Part shown: piece by piece, positions 36,548 to 50,156 of the stretch
Layout: every line of letters begins with the position of its first letter
Position numbering within the stretch: position 1 is the first letter of the stretch
NCBI GenBank assembly: GCA_044892505.1
Contig: CM097882.1
Span: forward strand, 422,716,001-422,780,000
DNA length: 64,000 nt
Reading direction: 5' to 3'
Source: Schmidtea nova
Taxonomy: Eukaryota
Position numbers and translations under genes: made by a program
The notes under the pieces: generated by a model
What the model was told of the DNA's origin: nothing
The model's database searches: none
Seen by the model: the letters and a program-made list of their open reading frames with translations, nothing else

Positions 36548-39500
36548 CAGTGGCGTAACTACCGTGGAAGCAGCTACCGTGGTAGCAGCTACAGCCATGC
36601 TGTGGGGCCCGTGGAGCCCGGCCGTTTTGAGGGGGCCCGGCCTGACCAAAAGATTATGAGCAGTTGAGCACAGGCAGTCAGTCAATCAGAAGAACGTGAT
36701 GCGATATGATAAATTTCAAGTGAAAAGCAAAATTAGAGTGTTCATAAATTAGAGGGTTCACAGTATTATAAACACGTTATTACTATACTTCCTGTTTTGT
36801 GACGTAATATGACGTTAATTGTTTATTTTAATGTGCAGTGAAAAGCTGAATAAACGTTCGAATCTAGAAGCTAAAAATTTAGTTTTAATTATAATATTTG
36901 GAAATAAATTTAAATTTCAAGATATTGACTAAATATAAAGCAGCACAAAATGTCATATCAACACATAAATGGAGCTACAAAACGTAAAAGAAAACGTGAG
37001 GAGATGTTAAGCTTAAGGAAACTGCAAAAAATAGATCATTTTTGTAAGCTAGCACCTAAGTAAAGTCAATCTGCCTCTGCCGAGTTGAAAAGTCGACTGA
37101 GTAAAGATGGTTGTAACGTAGCAGGTAGAACACCAGACACTAGCTGCTTTAATGAAGGAAATGTTGAAGCTCAGCCATCGATTTCGGAAGGATGTTGTAC
37201 TAGTTTTACTGTTACTAATTCAGTCGAAGCGTTTGATCCAAACACTATCGAAACTAAAAATGTTGAAACTGCAGACAAATTGGATGTTATTCTAGTCGAA
37301 ACTGAAGACATCAGCAACATAGTGATTTTAGGTCAATTCCCAACAGACAGAGCAAACTATTCTGTTAATTTAAGTGACACTAACATCAAACGGTTTGTCG
37401 TGGAACATGGACCATGCCAGCCCAAAGGTCATTTTCCTAGGGATCCGAATCAAAGCAACAGGAGCTTTTCAGAAAAGTATTATGAGAGGACAACTAAAGC
37501 TGGTTTGAAATTACCAGTTACTTGGTTGTGTTACTCACAGAAACTTGATTCTGTGTATTATGAGCCATGTTGGCTTTTTGGTGATCGTACAAAACTTGGA
37601 AATGAACCTGCATGGGCAAAATGAATTCATAAATGGAAATCGTTAACAAGTAAAATTCGTATGCATGAAGATTCAGATGAGCATGCTAAAGCTTGTGTGG
37701 TTTTTGATCACTGGAGGCTTCATAAAACTATTGATGAAGAAAATGAGAAGCGAGTGTTTAAAGAAATGAACTTTTGGAGGCAAATCGTACATCGTGTTGT
37801 GAACGTTACTCTTACTTTAACGACGTGTGGACTCGCTTTTAGAGACCATAGGGAAAAGTTGGGAAATGTGAATTCTGGAAATTTTTTATTTGTCATTGAA
37901 CTTTTGGTGGCATATGACCCAGTGTTGAAAGAACTTATTGAACGACCTGGTGGAACAACCAAATATAGTGCAGAATGAAGTAATAGAGATACTTTCTACT
38001 CATTTACAAAATGCTTTAATAAATCTGATAAAGCAGGCTCCTTTTTTTACAGTCATCATGACACCACTCAAGATATTTCCAAAGTTGATCAAATGAGTGA
38101 AGTATTTCGTTATGTGACGATCGAGACTGACCCTGAAACTGGAAAACGAACCCACATTCAGATCAATGAAAGTTTTTTGGGCTTCCGTGCAATTCATGAT
38201 CAAAGTGCTGCAGGAATTGAAGGCGAAATTTTAAAGTGCATAAAAGATAAAGGGTTGGATCTGTTGAAATGCAGGGGCCAAGCCTATGACGGTGCTACCA
38301 CAATGAGTGGTGTCTACTCCGGAGTCCAATCACGTATTTTGGAAAAAGTGCCAAACGCTTTATACGTTCATTGTGTTGCACATAATCTGAATTTGGTTCT
38401 GAATGATGCAGTTTCTCAAGTACACGAAGTATCACAATTTTTTGATGTTATTCAGTGGATTTACACGTTCTTCGGTTTCAGCATCAAACGATGGGACATT
38501 CAGTCATCGTTTACAACGAAGTCGAATATCAAACTCAAAGCATTGTGCCCAACAATATAATCGTCCCATGAAGAGTGCATAGTAGCAGTACGCTATCGTT
38601 ATGTAGATATATTAAAAGCATTAAAAAATATAAATCTGGTCGAGAAAAAAAAGGATTTAATTGCTGAAGCACTCGGACTTCAAAGGAAATTAGAATCGTT
38701 TGAATTTGTTTTTCTTCTGGTTGTGCTCACAAAAATGTTTGAAAGTGTGAATACTGTTTCAAAAATGCTACAGACTGATACAATTGACTTAATGAGTGCT
38801 TCAAATCTGCTTAAAAATTTGTTTGAACTCATGTCAGCATTCAGGAACAATTCAAATGAATACAATATTGCCAAGGAAACGGCAGTCTCTCTTGCCCAAC
38901 AATGGGGTGTAGAAACCAATTTTGGAAAATGTAAACGAATCCCAAGAAGCAGTTTGATGAGCTATGCGATGATAGCCAACTCACCGATCCAGAAATGCGA
39001 TTCAAAGTAAATGTAGTTTACCGCACTCTTGACATTCTCATCACTCAAGTTGTTCATCGGTTCAGAGGAATGCAAGTTGTGGTAGATACATTTGACATAC
39101 TTCACCCCCGTGAACTGACTACCGCCACCGATGATCAACTATTCACAAAGGCGACAAACTTACAACAACTGTATTCAAATGACATAGCATCATCGTTCTT
39201 CGAGCTGCCACAAAGCTTTAGAATGGTTCTCAATCAAGAAATTAAGAAATTAAACACAATCAAAGAGTTGAGTCATCTTTTGATAATCGGAAATAGTTCT
39301 CTTGCTACATCACTTCCAGATGTTTGCACTGCATATCTTCTCTTCCTCACTTTACCAGTAACTATGGCAACAGCAGAGAGGTCATTCTCCAAGCTAAAGC
39401 TCATCAAAAACTATTTACGTAGTACCATGTTGCAAGATAGACTATCTGGATTAACCATTTTCAGCATAGAAAACGAAAAGGCAAAGAAAATGGACGTTGA

Positions 39501-39741
39501 TGAACTTGTTAACTTTTTTGCAGAGAAGAAGTGCCGCAGAAAGAAATTCTGAACATACTGTTGAGTGTATAGGCATGTCTTTAAACTATTAAATGGATTT
39601 AATTAAAGTGATTTTAAACACGTTATGATAATCAGGTTTACAGTGCGCGCGTTTACTGGTTTAGTTTCTTTAAATAACTGTTTGAGTGTGGCCCGTATAT
39701 AAAGTTGCTGTGGGGCCCGTGGTGAGATAGTTACGCCACTG
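36548..39741 (+). mobile_element. Full-length hAT (ZMYM1/Tip100-like) transposon with broken transposase
   Basis: 14-bp perfect TIR CAGTGGCGTAACTA; 8-bp TSD AGCGTGAT (36540-36547, 39742-39749); motifs GQAYDGA, YVHCVAHNLNL and TAERSFSKLKLIKNYLRSTM. Confidence 0.95.
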
Positions 39742-40419
39742 AGCGTGATTCACCCAATTATTACTCAAAACTTGTATCGTAAAATCTCGCGCAATACTCG
39801 AGTATCTATGGCAGTTAAGGCATTATTTTTAAACTATTATTTTAAAACTATCGAAACATTATTTATTTTTACGGAAAACATGAAAATTGAAACAATACGA
39901 AGTTTGCCAGCCTTTTCTTTTCAAGGTTCAATGTTTACCAAATACGTGAAAGATATCAGATGTATGGAAACTTTAACAAAAAGGACGAAAGTAGAAAAAA
40001 GTAACCAGGGAGTTACCATTGATTAATAAGCGATTTTTGAAGACAATGGCCGAAAAGATGGGTCAAAACTTAAGAAAGATATTTTAGAAATTCCATCTAT
40101 TAATATATTATGTGCATGAAGTAGTGTAAAGTGTCACATCTAGCGCACTTCCCCCTTAAATTAACTTCTTAAAGATCAAGCGATTATGGAGTTTGTATAC
40201 AAATTTTATCAGGAACTTAACATGTTTAAACTAAGTTTTATAAAAGATGTTCTAGTTATCTACTGTTATTGTATAATTTCTGCACTAGTTTAGAAATATT
40301 TTGTTTAATAAAGTTTGGTGGTTTTTTAAAATATCTTTTATGTCTAAATATTTAAGTTGGACTTTGAAAGGACTACATCTGAGAGATGAAAATATATTTA
40401 ATTAAAATTTGGTACATTG

Positions 40420-40930
40420 CTTTAGGTAACAATCTTTGATTGCTGGAAACTAAATAATTGATGGTTTAGTGTGCCAATTCGATATTGTGGCACTATAAAC
40501 ATTTTAATAATAATATAGGAATCAAGGTGCGACTGATGGTTGATATCAGTACCCTTCATTATTTTACCTTTAGCTTTCATTGATTTTTTGTCAATCAACA
40601 GACTGTAACATTTTGGCCTTAAAAAGACCAATTCTTACTTTCATCCTTGAACTTTCCAATAATTGAATATAATTTTCTGGAAAAAGATGGATGATCCGAA
40701 TAATAATTAGTCGTATCCAACAGATTGTTATTAACTATTGTCGGTAATAAGGCATCCAATTTAAAATTTTAACAAAATTATTATTATCTGCTGCAACAAT
40801 ATTTATTTCGCAATTCAATTATATCCCATATTTAACAAATTTCAGATATTGTAACTTACACATCCGAAGTTATGATAAATCCAAAACTGATTGATTTATA
40901 TAATTCGGTCTACCCAAACAAGTAGAGTCT
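40420..40930 (-). pseudogene. Protein-primed PolB C-terminal relic (Maverick), second copy
   Basis: GRPNYI.QSVLDLS.LRM, NNLLDTTNY, IGKFKDE and NHQLF align by eye with the 44700-45228 polymerase. Confidence 0.75.
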
Positions 40931-41436
40931 TATTAGAGCATGGCCGATTAATAATTAACATTCAGAATCGGGCCGATTATAAGGACAATCGGCACTCATT
41001 CAATCATCCGGAACCGATTGTTCAAGATCATGAATTAAGAATACTAATCGAATTGGGCATAACTCTGACACGACAACAAAATATAAATTTTAAAAACAAC
41101 AATTATATTAATTTTATGTGATTATTTATGTCAAAAATGACAAAATAAAATATTGTGCTATTGAAATATACTGAATAATGATATAGTGCCTAGAAAGTTT
41201 TAAATACTAGACTACTAGTAAAGTAGCCTCGAAGATTATTTTACGCGTCATCAGTTACTGGCTGACTGGCATTGAGACGATATGATGCCTAAACACACAC
41301 AAAAAAGAAAGGGATGATTAAAAGATTTTAAATTAGTAAACAATCGGTATCGGTTCCACAATCAGCTGTTCTCACAATCGGTACAATCGGTAATCAAAAC
41401 AATCGGGAAATAGTACAGTCTGTTAAGCTTTAGTTC

Positions 41437-42090
41437 TGTTGGGTGTATTATGAGGTTGGAGAAATTTAAAAATTACCAATCAAATTTCTGACTCCGAATG
41501 CGTGCTTTATTAATCAATAGAATAACAAATATCACAACTGGTTCCACAATTACACTGGCAATTATACAATTCTTATTACAACACTTATGTTAGGAATAGC
41601 ATTCGTGTATAATCTCTGTCTAACGATCACCAACTACTGATTTAAATTTAACAATGGGTAACCAGCTAATTGTTTTCTTTCCTTTGACTTAAAATTCGGC
41701 TCAGAAACTTTTCTTAATAAATTTCTCCTAATCGATTTCTCAACAAATTTCTCTCAATACGTTTCTCAATAAATTTCTCAACAAGTATCTCTCGATAAGT
41801 TTCTCAACAAATTTTATCAGTAAGTTTTTCTCGATAATTTTAATTTCGGGACACAAAACTTCTCTTACAATTGCTTGCCACAAATTCTGTAATAAATTCA
41901 TGCCGCAAAACTTCTGTCTAAAACTGATGTCAATATTCTTGATGGATGAGTTAAAATTATTCAGTTAGTAAGAAACAAAGAAAATCCGAAACTGTTTTCA
42001 AATATTTCAACTAATCGATTAACTGCTGATTCCAGTGTTAATAGCACAATGTAAGAAACTCAATCCCATCTGAGATCAACCCCAGTGACA
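41437..42090 (-). mobile_element. LTR fragment (family of 57666-58950)
   Basis: TGTTGGG start; shared segments with 55100-55500 and 58600-58800; no TSD. Confidence 0.45.
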
Positions 42091-43259
42091 TAATATAACT
42101 TAAAATTTATTAATAATTTTTAAACATAAGACCACAAACATAACCATTTGTATTTAATTATTTCCATTACAAACTTGAACTACCTATGAAGGAAATGAGT
42201 TGCTCGTAACATATCAAATGTATTAATATCCATTTGATAAAAGCTATACAAAAATGGCAATATTTTATGCAGTTTGGAGACAGGGTGGCAATATCCTTTG
42301 GTCTAGTCAAAACGTCACTTGGTTTGATTCCGGGTGTGATCGAGTTCCTGGCATGGTTCTGATAATAACAAAATAAGCTCAAAACTACTATTTCTTTAAA
42401 ATTAGTATCGAATATTACAATAAAAATTTTATTTTAATATTATTTAATTTGTTATTTTAAAATTAAAAATTGTAAATAAATAAACTATTTTTTGTATAAT
42501 TTAAATATCAAATATATTTATATTCATTTAATAAGCAGGAAACTAAATAAAGTATTGAAACAAAAATATTTCAGGAGAATCGTCATATAATTGAAAGCTG
42601 AGATTTTCCGACGGATATCAATGCGCTCATGTGGCCGGCCGGCCGTCTTGGAGAACTCTTGATAAATTAATTCTCCTGATTAAATGTGACTCCAGAAACC
42701 GATTAAGTAGACTCGAGTGGATGACCACATCTTGCGCGCAACGCAACCGCATCAGAAGAATGCATCAAGAGCAAATTGAGCCGTTATCCAACCTTAATTC
42801 GAGATGCCTTAGAATTACTAATCGAGAAAATCAAATTTAATTTTCTCAATAAATTGTTTATCTACTGACATTTAATGAGCATATGAAAATAATTTATTCT
42901 AATTTAGTTTAAGAAGTCAATATTTTATTCTAAATTATTTTTTTAAAAATTTTAGTTGAAATAATTTTTTTTTGTTATGTTCGCTCTATTTGCACAACCT
43001 GGTTACTAATGATATTATACAATTGTAATGAAACAATAATGATTAGTAATTTATAATTAAATTATTTTATAAAATTATTTATTGCAGTATAAGTAATGGT
43101 TAAGGAAGAATATGATGAAAGTGTCTGCATTATGCTTATCTTTTAGAAATTAGACAGAAATATAACTTTACTTTAACCTTTTGAGCGCTATGAACACATT
43201 CAATCTGGGCTATAAAGTGATATATAATTACTCAAATTATTTCAGTTACAATCAACATA

Positions 43260-45868
43260 AGTAGGAGGACGTGAGGAGTCTGGATCCGTATGAGTTATTG
43301 CGCGTTTTTTGCGCCATTTTTAAAGTGTGTTTTGTTTAAATGTTTGGAATTTTTTATTATTATTTTTATTTTATTATTAATTAATTAATTTATTATTATT
43401 TTATTTTATTATTATTATTAGTATTATTAGTATTATTATCATCAAATCAAGTTCAAGAAAATGATAGAGAATTATGACTAAATATATATTACGTTGCAGT
43501 ATTTTAAAAAACTAGAAAAGTTATTTCAACAAATTATAATACACATCAAAGTTATAAAATATTTCAATGAATTGCATGAATGTCGTATGATTAAAATATA
43601 TTAGACTAAATATATTAGTGAATTACATCTAAATTAAATTACATTTCAATAATTACGTCAGTTATAAAAAATATTTTAATTAATTTTGATAAAATACATT
43701 AGAATTATCAATAACACACACAAAACTTTTATAATTTTCATTAGTAAAAAGCTCAATATATATGGGATGATTTTAATTGTGAAACATTGTCCGATTATAT
43801 GATGTTATACCTGAAATTGGATGTTTTCTTACTTGCCAACTTTTTCCAGCAATTTAGGGCAAAATCCATTGCACATAACCGACTTGAGCCTCTTAATTTC
43901 TTGGGAATTCCAGGCATGTCATGGAGTTCTTCTTTGATGGCTTTAAAATCTCCTATCGAGTTGCTTCAAGATATGGAGATGTATAATTTTTTCGAAGGGG
44001 GATCCGTGGTGGGTTAACATTTGTTAACAAACCTCATGTAGTATCTTCCGACGATACTGAGCTTCTTTATATAGATATAAATAATTTATATGGATGGGCT
44101 TTAAGCCAAAAACTACCTTATAAAGAATTTAAATGGATAACTGATAGGGAAAAATTAAATAAAATAATTTATTACTGTGAATCTGCTGATTTAGAAGTAT
44201 TAACATTTGGATTTACATTAGAAGTCGATTTAGAAATTCCTGATTCGATTTACGACAAGCTGGATGATTTGCCAGTTGCCGCTGAAAAGATGTGTCCATC
44301 TGGCTCAAAGGTTGAGAAGTTGATGCTTACGCATTATCCCAAGAAGAACTATGTTCTTCATTGGAAACTTCTCAAACTTTTTCTTTCTCTTGGAGTAAAA
44401 ATAACTCATGTCCATAGGAAAATTAAATTTAAATAAGCATGTATTTTTAAGGATTACATCGATACCAATACCAGACTTAGAGCAGAATCAAGTAATGCTT
44501 TGGGTAAAAATTATTATAAATTATTAAATAATAGTCTCTACGGTTTTACCGTAGAGAATCTTAAAAAGCGCATAAATTTAAGATTATGTAATTCGACTTC
44601 TAGGCTGATTACATATACTTCTAAGCCAACTTTCAAAAGGACTTTCGAAATTGACGATGATTTGGTTGCCGTCTTACTGAATAAAGATTCGGTGTGTTTG
44701 GATAGACCTAGCTATATTGGGCAAACTGTACTGGATCTATCTAAACTTAGAATGTACCAGCTGCAGTATGAAGAGTTACAAAAATATCGTAACGAATTCT
44801 ACTGCGAAATCAACATTATAGCTGGTGACACCGATTCGTTTTTTCTTGAGATTAGAAATTGTAAACTTGATATTCTTTTACCGACCATGATAAGAGATAA
44901 CTTACTTGACACTTCTAATTATGATCCGAATCACCCATTATACAGTAGGAACCTTGATTCTGTCATTGGCAAGTTCAAAGACGAGAATAAAGGGCTTAAG
45001 TACGAGGAGTGGGTGTTTCTTAGACCAAAGTGTTAAAGTCTTTTAGGTGACGAAAAAACTAATAAAGCTAAGGGGGCAACATTGGCGGGTACATCGTATC
45101 TGGACTGTTTTAATAATAACCAAATATTTTCTGTTCCCCAAACCAGAATCACAAGTAAAAATCACCAACTTTTTACTATTAAAAATGAAAAGACTGCACT
45201 GACAAACGCAGATGATAAAAGGAAATAAAAGCTTGGCATATGGCCATTATATGGGAGGTGACTTGGTTATATTTCAACATACGGAAACCAGAATCAATCC
45301 AGATCAGCAATTCCAAGCTCAAACTGAAGAAGAAACAGTTTTATTTAAAAAAAATTTGTTGAAAAACTTTGTTTTTTAATTATTTAGTTATAAATTTTAC
45401 AGATTAGTTTCACTCTGTTTTTATAATTTGGGTAATAATTTTTAGAAACTATGGTTATGTCATAGAAATAATAGTAATATTAATAATAAAATTATAAATA
45501 ATAAATAATTAGTTTAATATTTATCGTATTTCCCCATGTGATATATTCTTATAATATTTTGAGTAGTGCTTTCATTGAACGTTTATCATTGAAGTGTTTC
45601 AAAATTTATAATAACAATAATAAATTATACTAACAAAAGTAAATTAATAATATTTAAAAAATAAATTACTAATAAAAAAAATTAATTAATAAAAAAATAA
45701 AACAAAAATATAATTTAAATAAAATAAAATAATAATAAATAAATAAATTAATAATAAAATAAAAATAATAATAAAAAATTCAAAACATTTAAACAAAACA
45801 CACTTGAAAAATGGCGCGAAAAACGCGCAATAACTCATACGGATCCAGACTCCTCACGTCCACCTACT
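43260..45868 (+). mobile_element. Internally deleted Maverick/Polinton (2.6 kb)
   Basis: ~170-bp TIRs starting AGTAGG; perfect 6-bp TSD AACATA (43254-43259, 45869-45874); carries a pPolB relic only. Confidence 0.9.
43787..45228 (+). pseudogene. Protein-primed DNA polymerase B (Maverick type), frameshifted
   Basis: Motifs LLYIDINNLYG, YKLLNNSLYG, IIAGDTDSFF, IGKFKDE and ADDKRK. Confidence 0.9.
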
Positions 45869-47469
45869 AACATATGTTGCAACGAAATTTCAGAGTTGGA
45901 CAGCTCAGCATCCGCGTTGTCGTAAAAAGGGGACAGCTCACAGTACACGTCGTACGTCGCACAATTCAGCGCTCAAATGGTTAAAATTCATAAATTTTCT
46001 GTGTTTAAATGCGAAAAATAATAATTGTGACATTTTAACTTTTCAACTGCGTTTTCGTTTTTTAAAAATGGATCAAAAAAAAAATTTTCTTCTCCACAAA
46101 AATTTGTGGCACTGCCATTTTCAATTGCTATCTTCAAGTTGCATATTTTATTTTTGATTTGCTCACATGTAAGTTAATAACAGAATGTGGATAGTCAATT
46201 CTCATATGTGAGTAGGAGCAAAATTCGGATTTGGGCCACTTTGAAAATACGTGTATTTCTGATCACCCTCATTCGATTCTATCTATTTTCGCACGTTCTT
46301 AGTGTTGCCTAAAGAGCCTGCAGCTCCCCCAGTCCCATTAAAATCTAGTCATATCACTCCTCTCAATCGTTTGCCCAGAAATATGCGTATTTTCTCAAAA
46401 ACCCCAAATTCAAATTTTGTCATTACTATAAAAAAAATTCCAGCATAAACAAATATCTTTGAATAACTATCAATTACTCATTCTTCCCAAAACTTTATCT
46501 TATCTTTAACTCTTCACTCGATGGTACCATAACTGATATTGAGTATATTGGATTCACAACATTACCTTTTTCTTTATAACATGAAAACAAAAGAATAACA
46601 TTATAAATATTAGGACTCGCTGTTACTATAGGTCTCTGCATCTTGGCATATAAATTTTTATAATCAATAATCAAGTCTAAGTGAATATATTGCAATAAAT
46701 TATTTAATGAACTAACATCATCAGTCGACATAATTGATACTCGTTAATTAAACTTTTATCATTTGAATTTATAAAAGATCAGCTCTTCAAGGAAACACAT
46801 TTGATAACCATTATACATATTTGGTTTGTAGTGCCTCTACTTTATGCATATTTATAATAAACAAAATATTCTAATATACTAAATTCTAATATATAAAATA
46901 AATAAGATTGTTTTATAAGCAGAAAAAAGAAAAAAGGACGCTCGAATAAATGGAAGCATTAAGAAGAAAACGCATTCTCGAAGAAGTAAAAACTATTTTT
47001 TTAAAAATAAATTTTTGTTAATCTTAATAACCGTGTATTTACNNNNNNNNNNNNNNNNNNNNNNNNNNNNNNNNNNNNNNNNNNNNNNNNNNNNNNNNNN
47101 NNNNNNNNNNNNNNNNNNNNNNNNNNNNNNNNNNNNNNNNNNNNNNNNNNNNNNNNNNNNNNNNNNNNNNNNNNNNTAAATAATCTTAACTAAAATATTT
47201 CTTTATTTTTTATATTCCTTATTTGTTAAATATGTAGTCTCATTCAGCCGCTTGCATATAACATTAACTTCATTATATACAGTATTATGACCAGCATTCT
47301 TAGCAGTTAACAGTGTTCAACAGGTTTCACTACTTTTTCAATATTTTTTACTATACCCTTATGAGTAATTTATTTTCTTCATATGGATTTTTAAACTTTT
47401 CTTTCTCTTTGATTATTTTTATAAGTTTTTCGATTCGTTCTTCAAAACTCATTGTTGTAATTTATTAAA

Positions 47470-47600
47470 TATAAAATGGTGATTCATTGGTAGCAGTATT
47501 AATTAAATATTAAATAAATAATAACAAAATAAGCCTTCGCTGCAAAATATTTTATTAAGTGACTTAAAAAATTTAATAAAACATTTTGCACCAAAGATTT
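47470..47600. repeat. Penelope 5' region fragments in inverted arrangement
   Basis: ATAAAATGGTGATTCATTGGTAGCAG (reverse) followed by TTTTGCACCAAAG (forward), both matching 21330-21416. Confidence 0.6.
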
Positions 47601-47651
47601 ATTTTGTTTTTTTTTAATTATTAATTATGTAATTTATTAAGTACATAGAAA

Positions 47652-48414
47652 TGTTGGGTTATTATTCTGTAAGATCGGTTTACTGACCTGACTCCTCGTG
47701 CTCTTTAATTATCGAAACCAATGAACCCAACACAGAACAATCTTTTTATTCACGATCAACACAAATTACAATCTTTGTTATACACACCTTTGATCAATTT
47801 ACGCTTTCTTTGGATTCGGATTTGACTCTTTAGTTAACAGGATATTTTCTTACTTTGTCTGTTTAATTTCTTCAGGATCTTTCTTTATTTGTTTTCAAAG
47901 CCTTTTTAATAATCTCTTTTTAACTATCCACTCGTCGGCCCCGTCCTCTGTTTTGCGCTGCCTTTTATAGTTCTCGCAAATAGCAATTAGGTTTAATCGA
48001 TATCTAAAAGTTAACCAATCTCCTGTTTGTTTGTTTTGCTAACAAATAATTTTAATTACCCTCGGATGGATTTTTCCTAATTGCCCCGACTTTGATCTCT
48101 CGGGTCTCTTTGCGCTCGGGCTTTCCTCATCGCTCGGGTTTCCCATTGCCTCGGGCTTCCCATTGTCTCGGGTTTCCCCTTGAGCGATTAATTAATTTTA
48201 ATTAGTTTGTTTTTATTAAATAACTTTCTCTGGGGACCCCTTCTTAAATTTCTATTATTATTTTTGGGTTCGTCTTTTGATTTGGTATTCAACCATACCC
48301 ATTTCCCCCAGTGAATATTAATTTTAAATGTTTGATAAATTTTAATTAATTTTTGCGCTTTTATTTATTTTGATATTTCTTATTACTTTTTTGATTTTTA
48401 TACTAACCCCAACA
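47652..48414 (-). mobile_element. Solo LTR with 4-bp TSD GAAA
   Basis: TGTTGGG...CCCAACA termini; GAAA on both sides; minus-strand TATAAAAGG and AATAAA; GAAACCCGAG-type repeats in U3. Confidence 0.8.
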
Positions 48415-48469
48415 GAAACATAAAAATTTTTTTTATTAAAATCCACTGTTAATTAGTTTTATTACTATA

Positions 48470-49265
48470 GAATCTACTCAAGACATCTTCATCATGAAAA
48501 TCTTGGAGCTTATAACTTGTGGGTTTAGTATCAAGAACCTTATCAACACTAAATATTTCTTCAGTCCTTTTATATGTATAAACTTTTTCAAATTAACTCT
48601 TCCATTTGAATATTTGGACTATCACGAACTTTATATATTATTTTCTCATTCAACTATGAATTCCCGTGATTATGTTTTCCCACTACCTCATTTATACTTT
48701 CAGGATATTTGCTAGCTTTATTCGGACTCCTCTTAATAGTACAATGAATCTTTAGATTCTATCTCTATTAAATAATCTAATATATCAATCCAAACTCGAT
48801 TACCTAGCTCTGTGAATTTTTTAAATATCATGTTCTTCAATGTTTTATTAAAAAGTTCTATAACAGGATTATGTGAAGGATTTTAACTTTGTTCATCAGG
48901 TCGATTAAATGTTGAGTAAATTTCAATTTCATTATTATCCAAATACTCTTCGAACGTTTTTTTATAAAATTTTGAATCATTTTCGTAAATGGTTTATTCG
49001 GTGGAGAATATTCATTCAACGAATTCTGAAGCAAGTCTTCAAAAGCATTTCTAACAGCTACAGCTGTCTTATTCTTTAAAGGAATTACTCATGCATATTT
49101 TGTATACAAATCAGTGATAGTTAAGATAAACTTGTATCTATTGTTATTCTTATTACTTGGCATCTCTACTAAATCAGCACCCCATACATCATCCATATCA
49201 AACACTTACTTTAAAAATGTTCTGGGTTTTCTATATGTAGCTCTCAAGAACTCTGCACTAGTTAA
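48470..49265 (-). pseudogene. Maverick retroviral-like (c-)integrase relic
   Basis: DDVWGADLVEM, KFILTITDLYTKYA.VIPLK, FNKTLK, FEKVYTY..EEIFSV and YKLQD; stops and frameshifts. Confidence 0.85.
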
Positions 49266-49680
49266 TTCACAATTAATACAAAATGAATACGTTCTCTCAA
49301 TGTTGCATTTTGAATTTCATTTAACTCTTGAATCAAATCAATATCAGATTTTTTTCTAGCTCTAATATTAGGATCCTTATAAGCAATATCTTGCTTGAGA
49401 GTGCAACCATCAACTCTATTTATCGGCTCTTCTCTAGACTTCCGTTGATTGTTTTCATCTAATCTTATATATAATCGCATACCATGTCCCAATATGAATA
49501 TCCTGGTAAATAATGATCACCTTAGTATTTACTCCAAGGAAAATTAGAAGATTTTGAACTCAATGTCTGTAAATCGCCCCCTACTGTGGCAATATGTTTC
49601 TTACTTCATTCAAGATGAGATTTATGAGTTTTATAAACTTTACAGTTGCAATATTTACAAAAAATGTTTGAATATCCATT
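49262..49680 (-). pseudogene. Maverick/adintovirus PLA2-domain (parvovirus-like PLA2) gene relic
   Basis: FPWSKY.GDHYLPGYSY(fs)GHG...EPINRVDGCTLKQDIAYKD...RKKSDIDLI; upstream CKYC..KSHLE.SKKH zinc-finger-like segment. Confidence 0.65.
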
Positions 49681-49880
49681 TATGTATTTTAAGATAAAAA
49701 AAGAATATTAATTGAAATAAATGGTGATGAATCAACCTTCACAAAACCACTTCCATTCTTCTTTTTTCAATATTATTTCTAATTTTATTTAATATATCAT
49801 ATTTATGTAATGCTCTCTACTCTAATGTTGCTTGTGTATTATTCAATAGTGTATTTTTACTCGAATAACTTTTCCTTTAA

Positions 49881-49962
49881 CCCTTTCGCGGACGCACTTT
49901 TTTAGTTGAGGTAGTATGACGCAGTAGTATGACGTGTATACACGTCATTGTCCGCGAAAGGG
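49881..49962. mobile_element. 82-bp piggyBac-type MITE
   Basis: TTAA|CCCTTTCGCGGAC...GTCCGCGAAAGGG|TTAA; internal palindrome ATGACGTGTATACACGTCAT. Confidence 0.9.
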
Positions 49963-50098
49963 TTAAGTAAATCAACTGTTTTCTTTATAATTTGAGCGGT
50001 TTGGGCGATCATTTACAGATTTAATCAAATGCATAATTCACGTATATTTTCAATCACTCCATCACCAAAATAGTTTTTTCATGTTCAAATATGATAAT

Positions 50099-50153
<55 letters not shown>

Positions 50154-50156
<3 letters not shown>

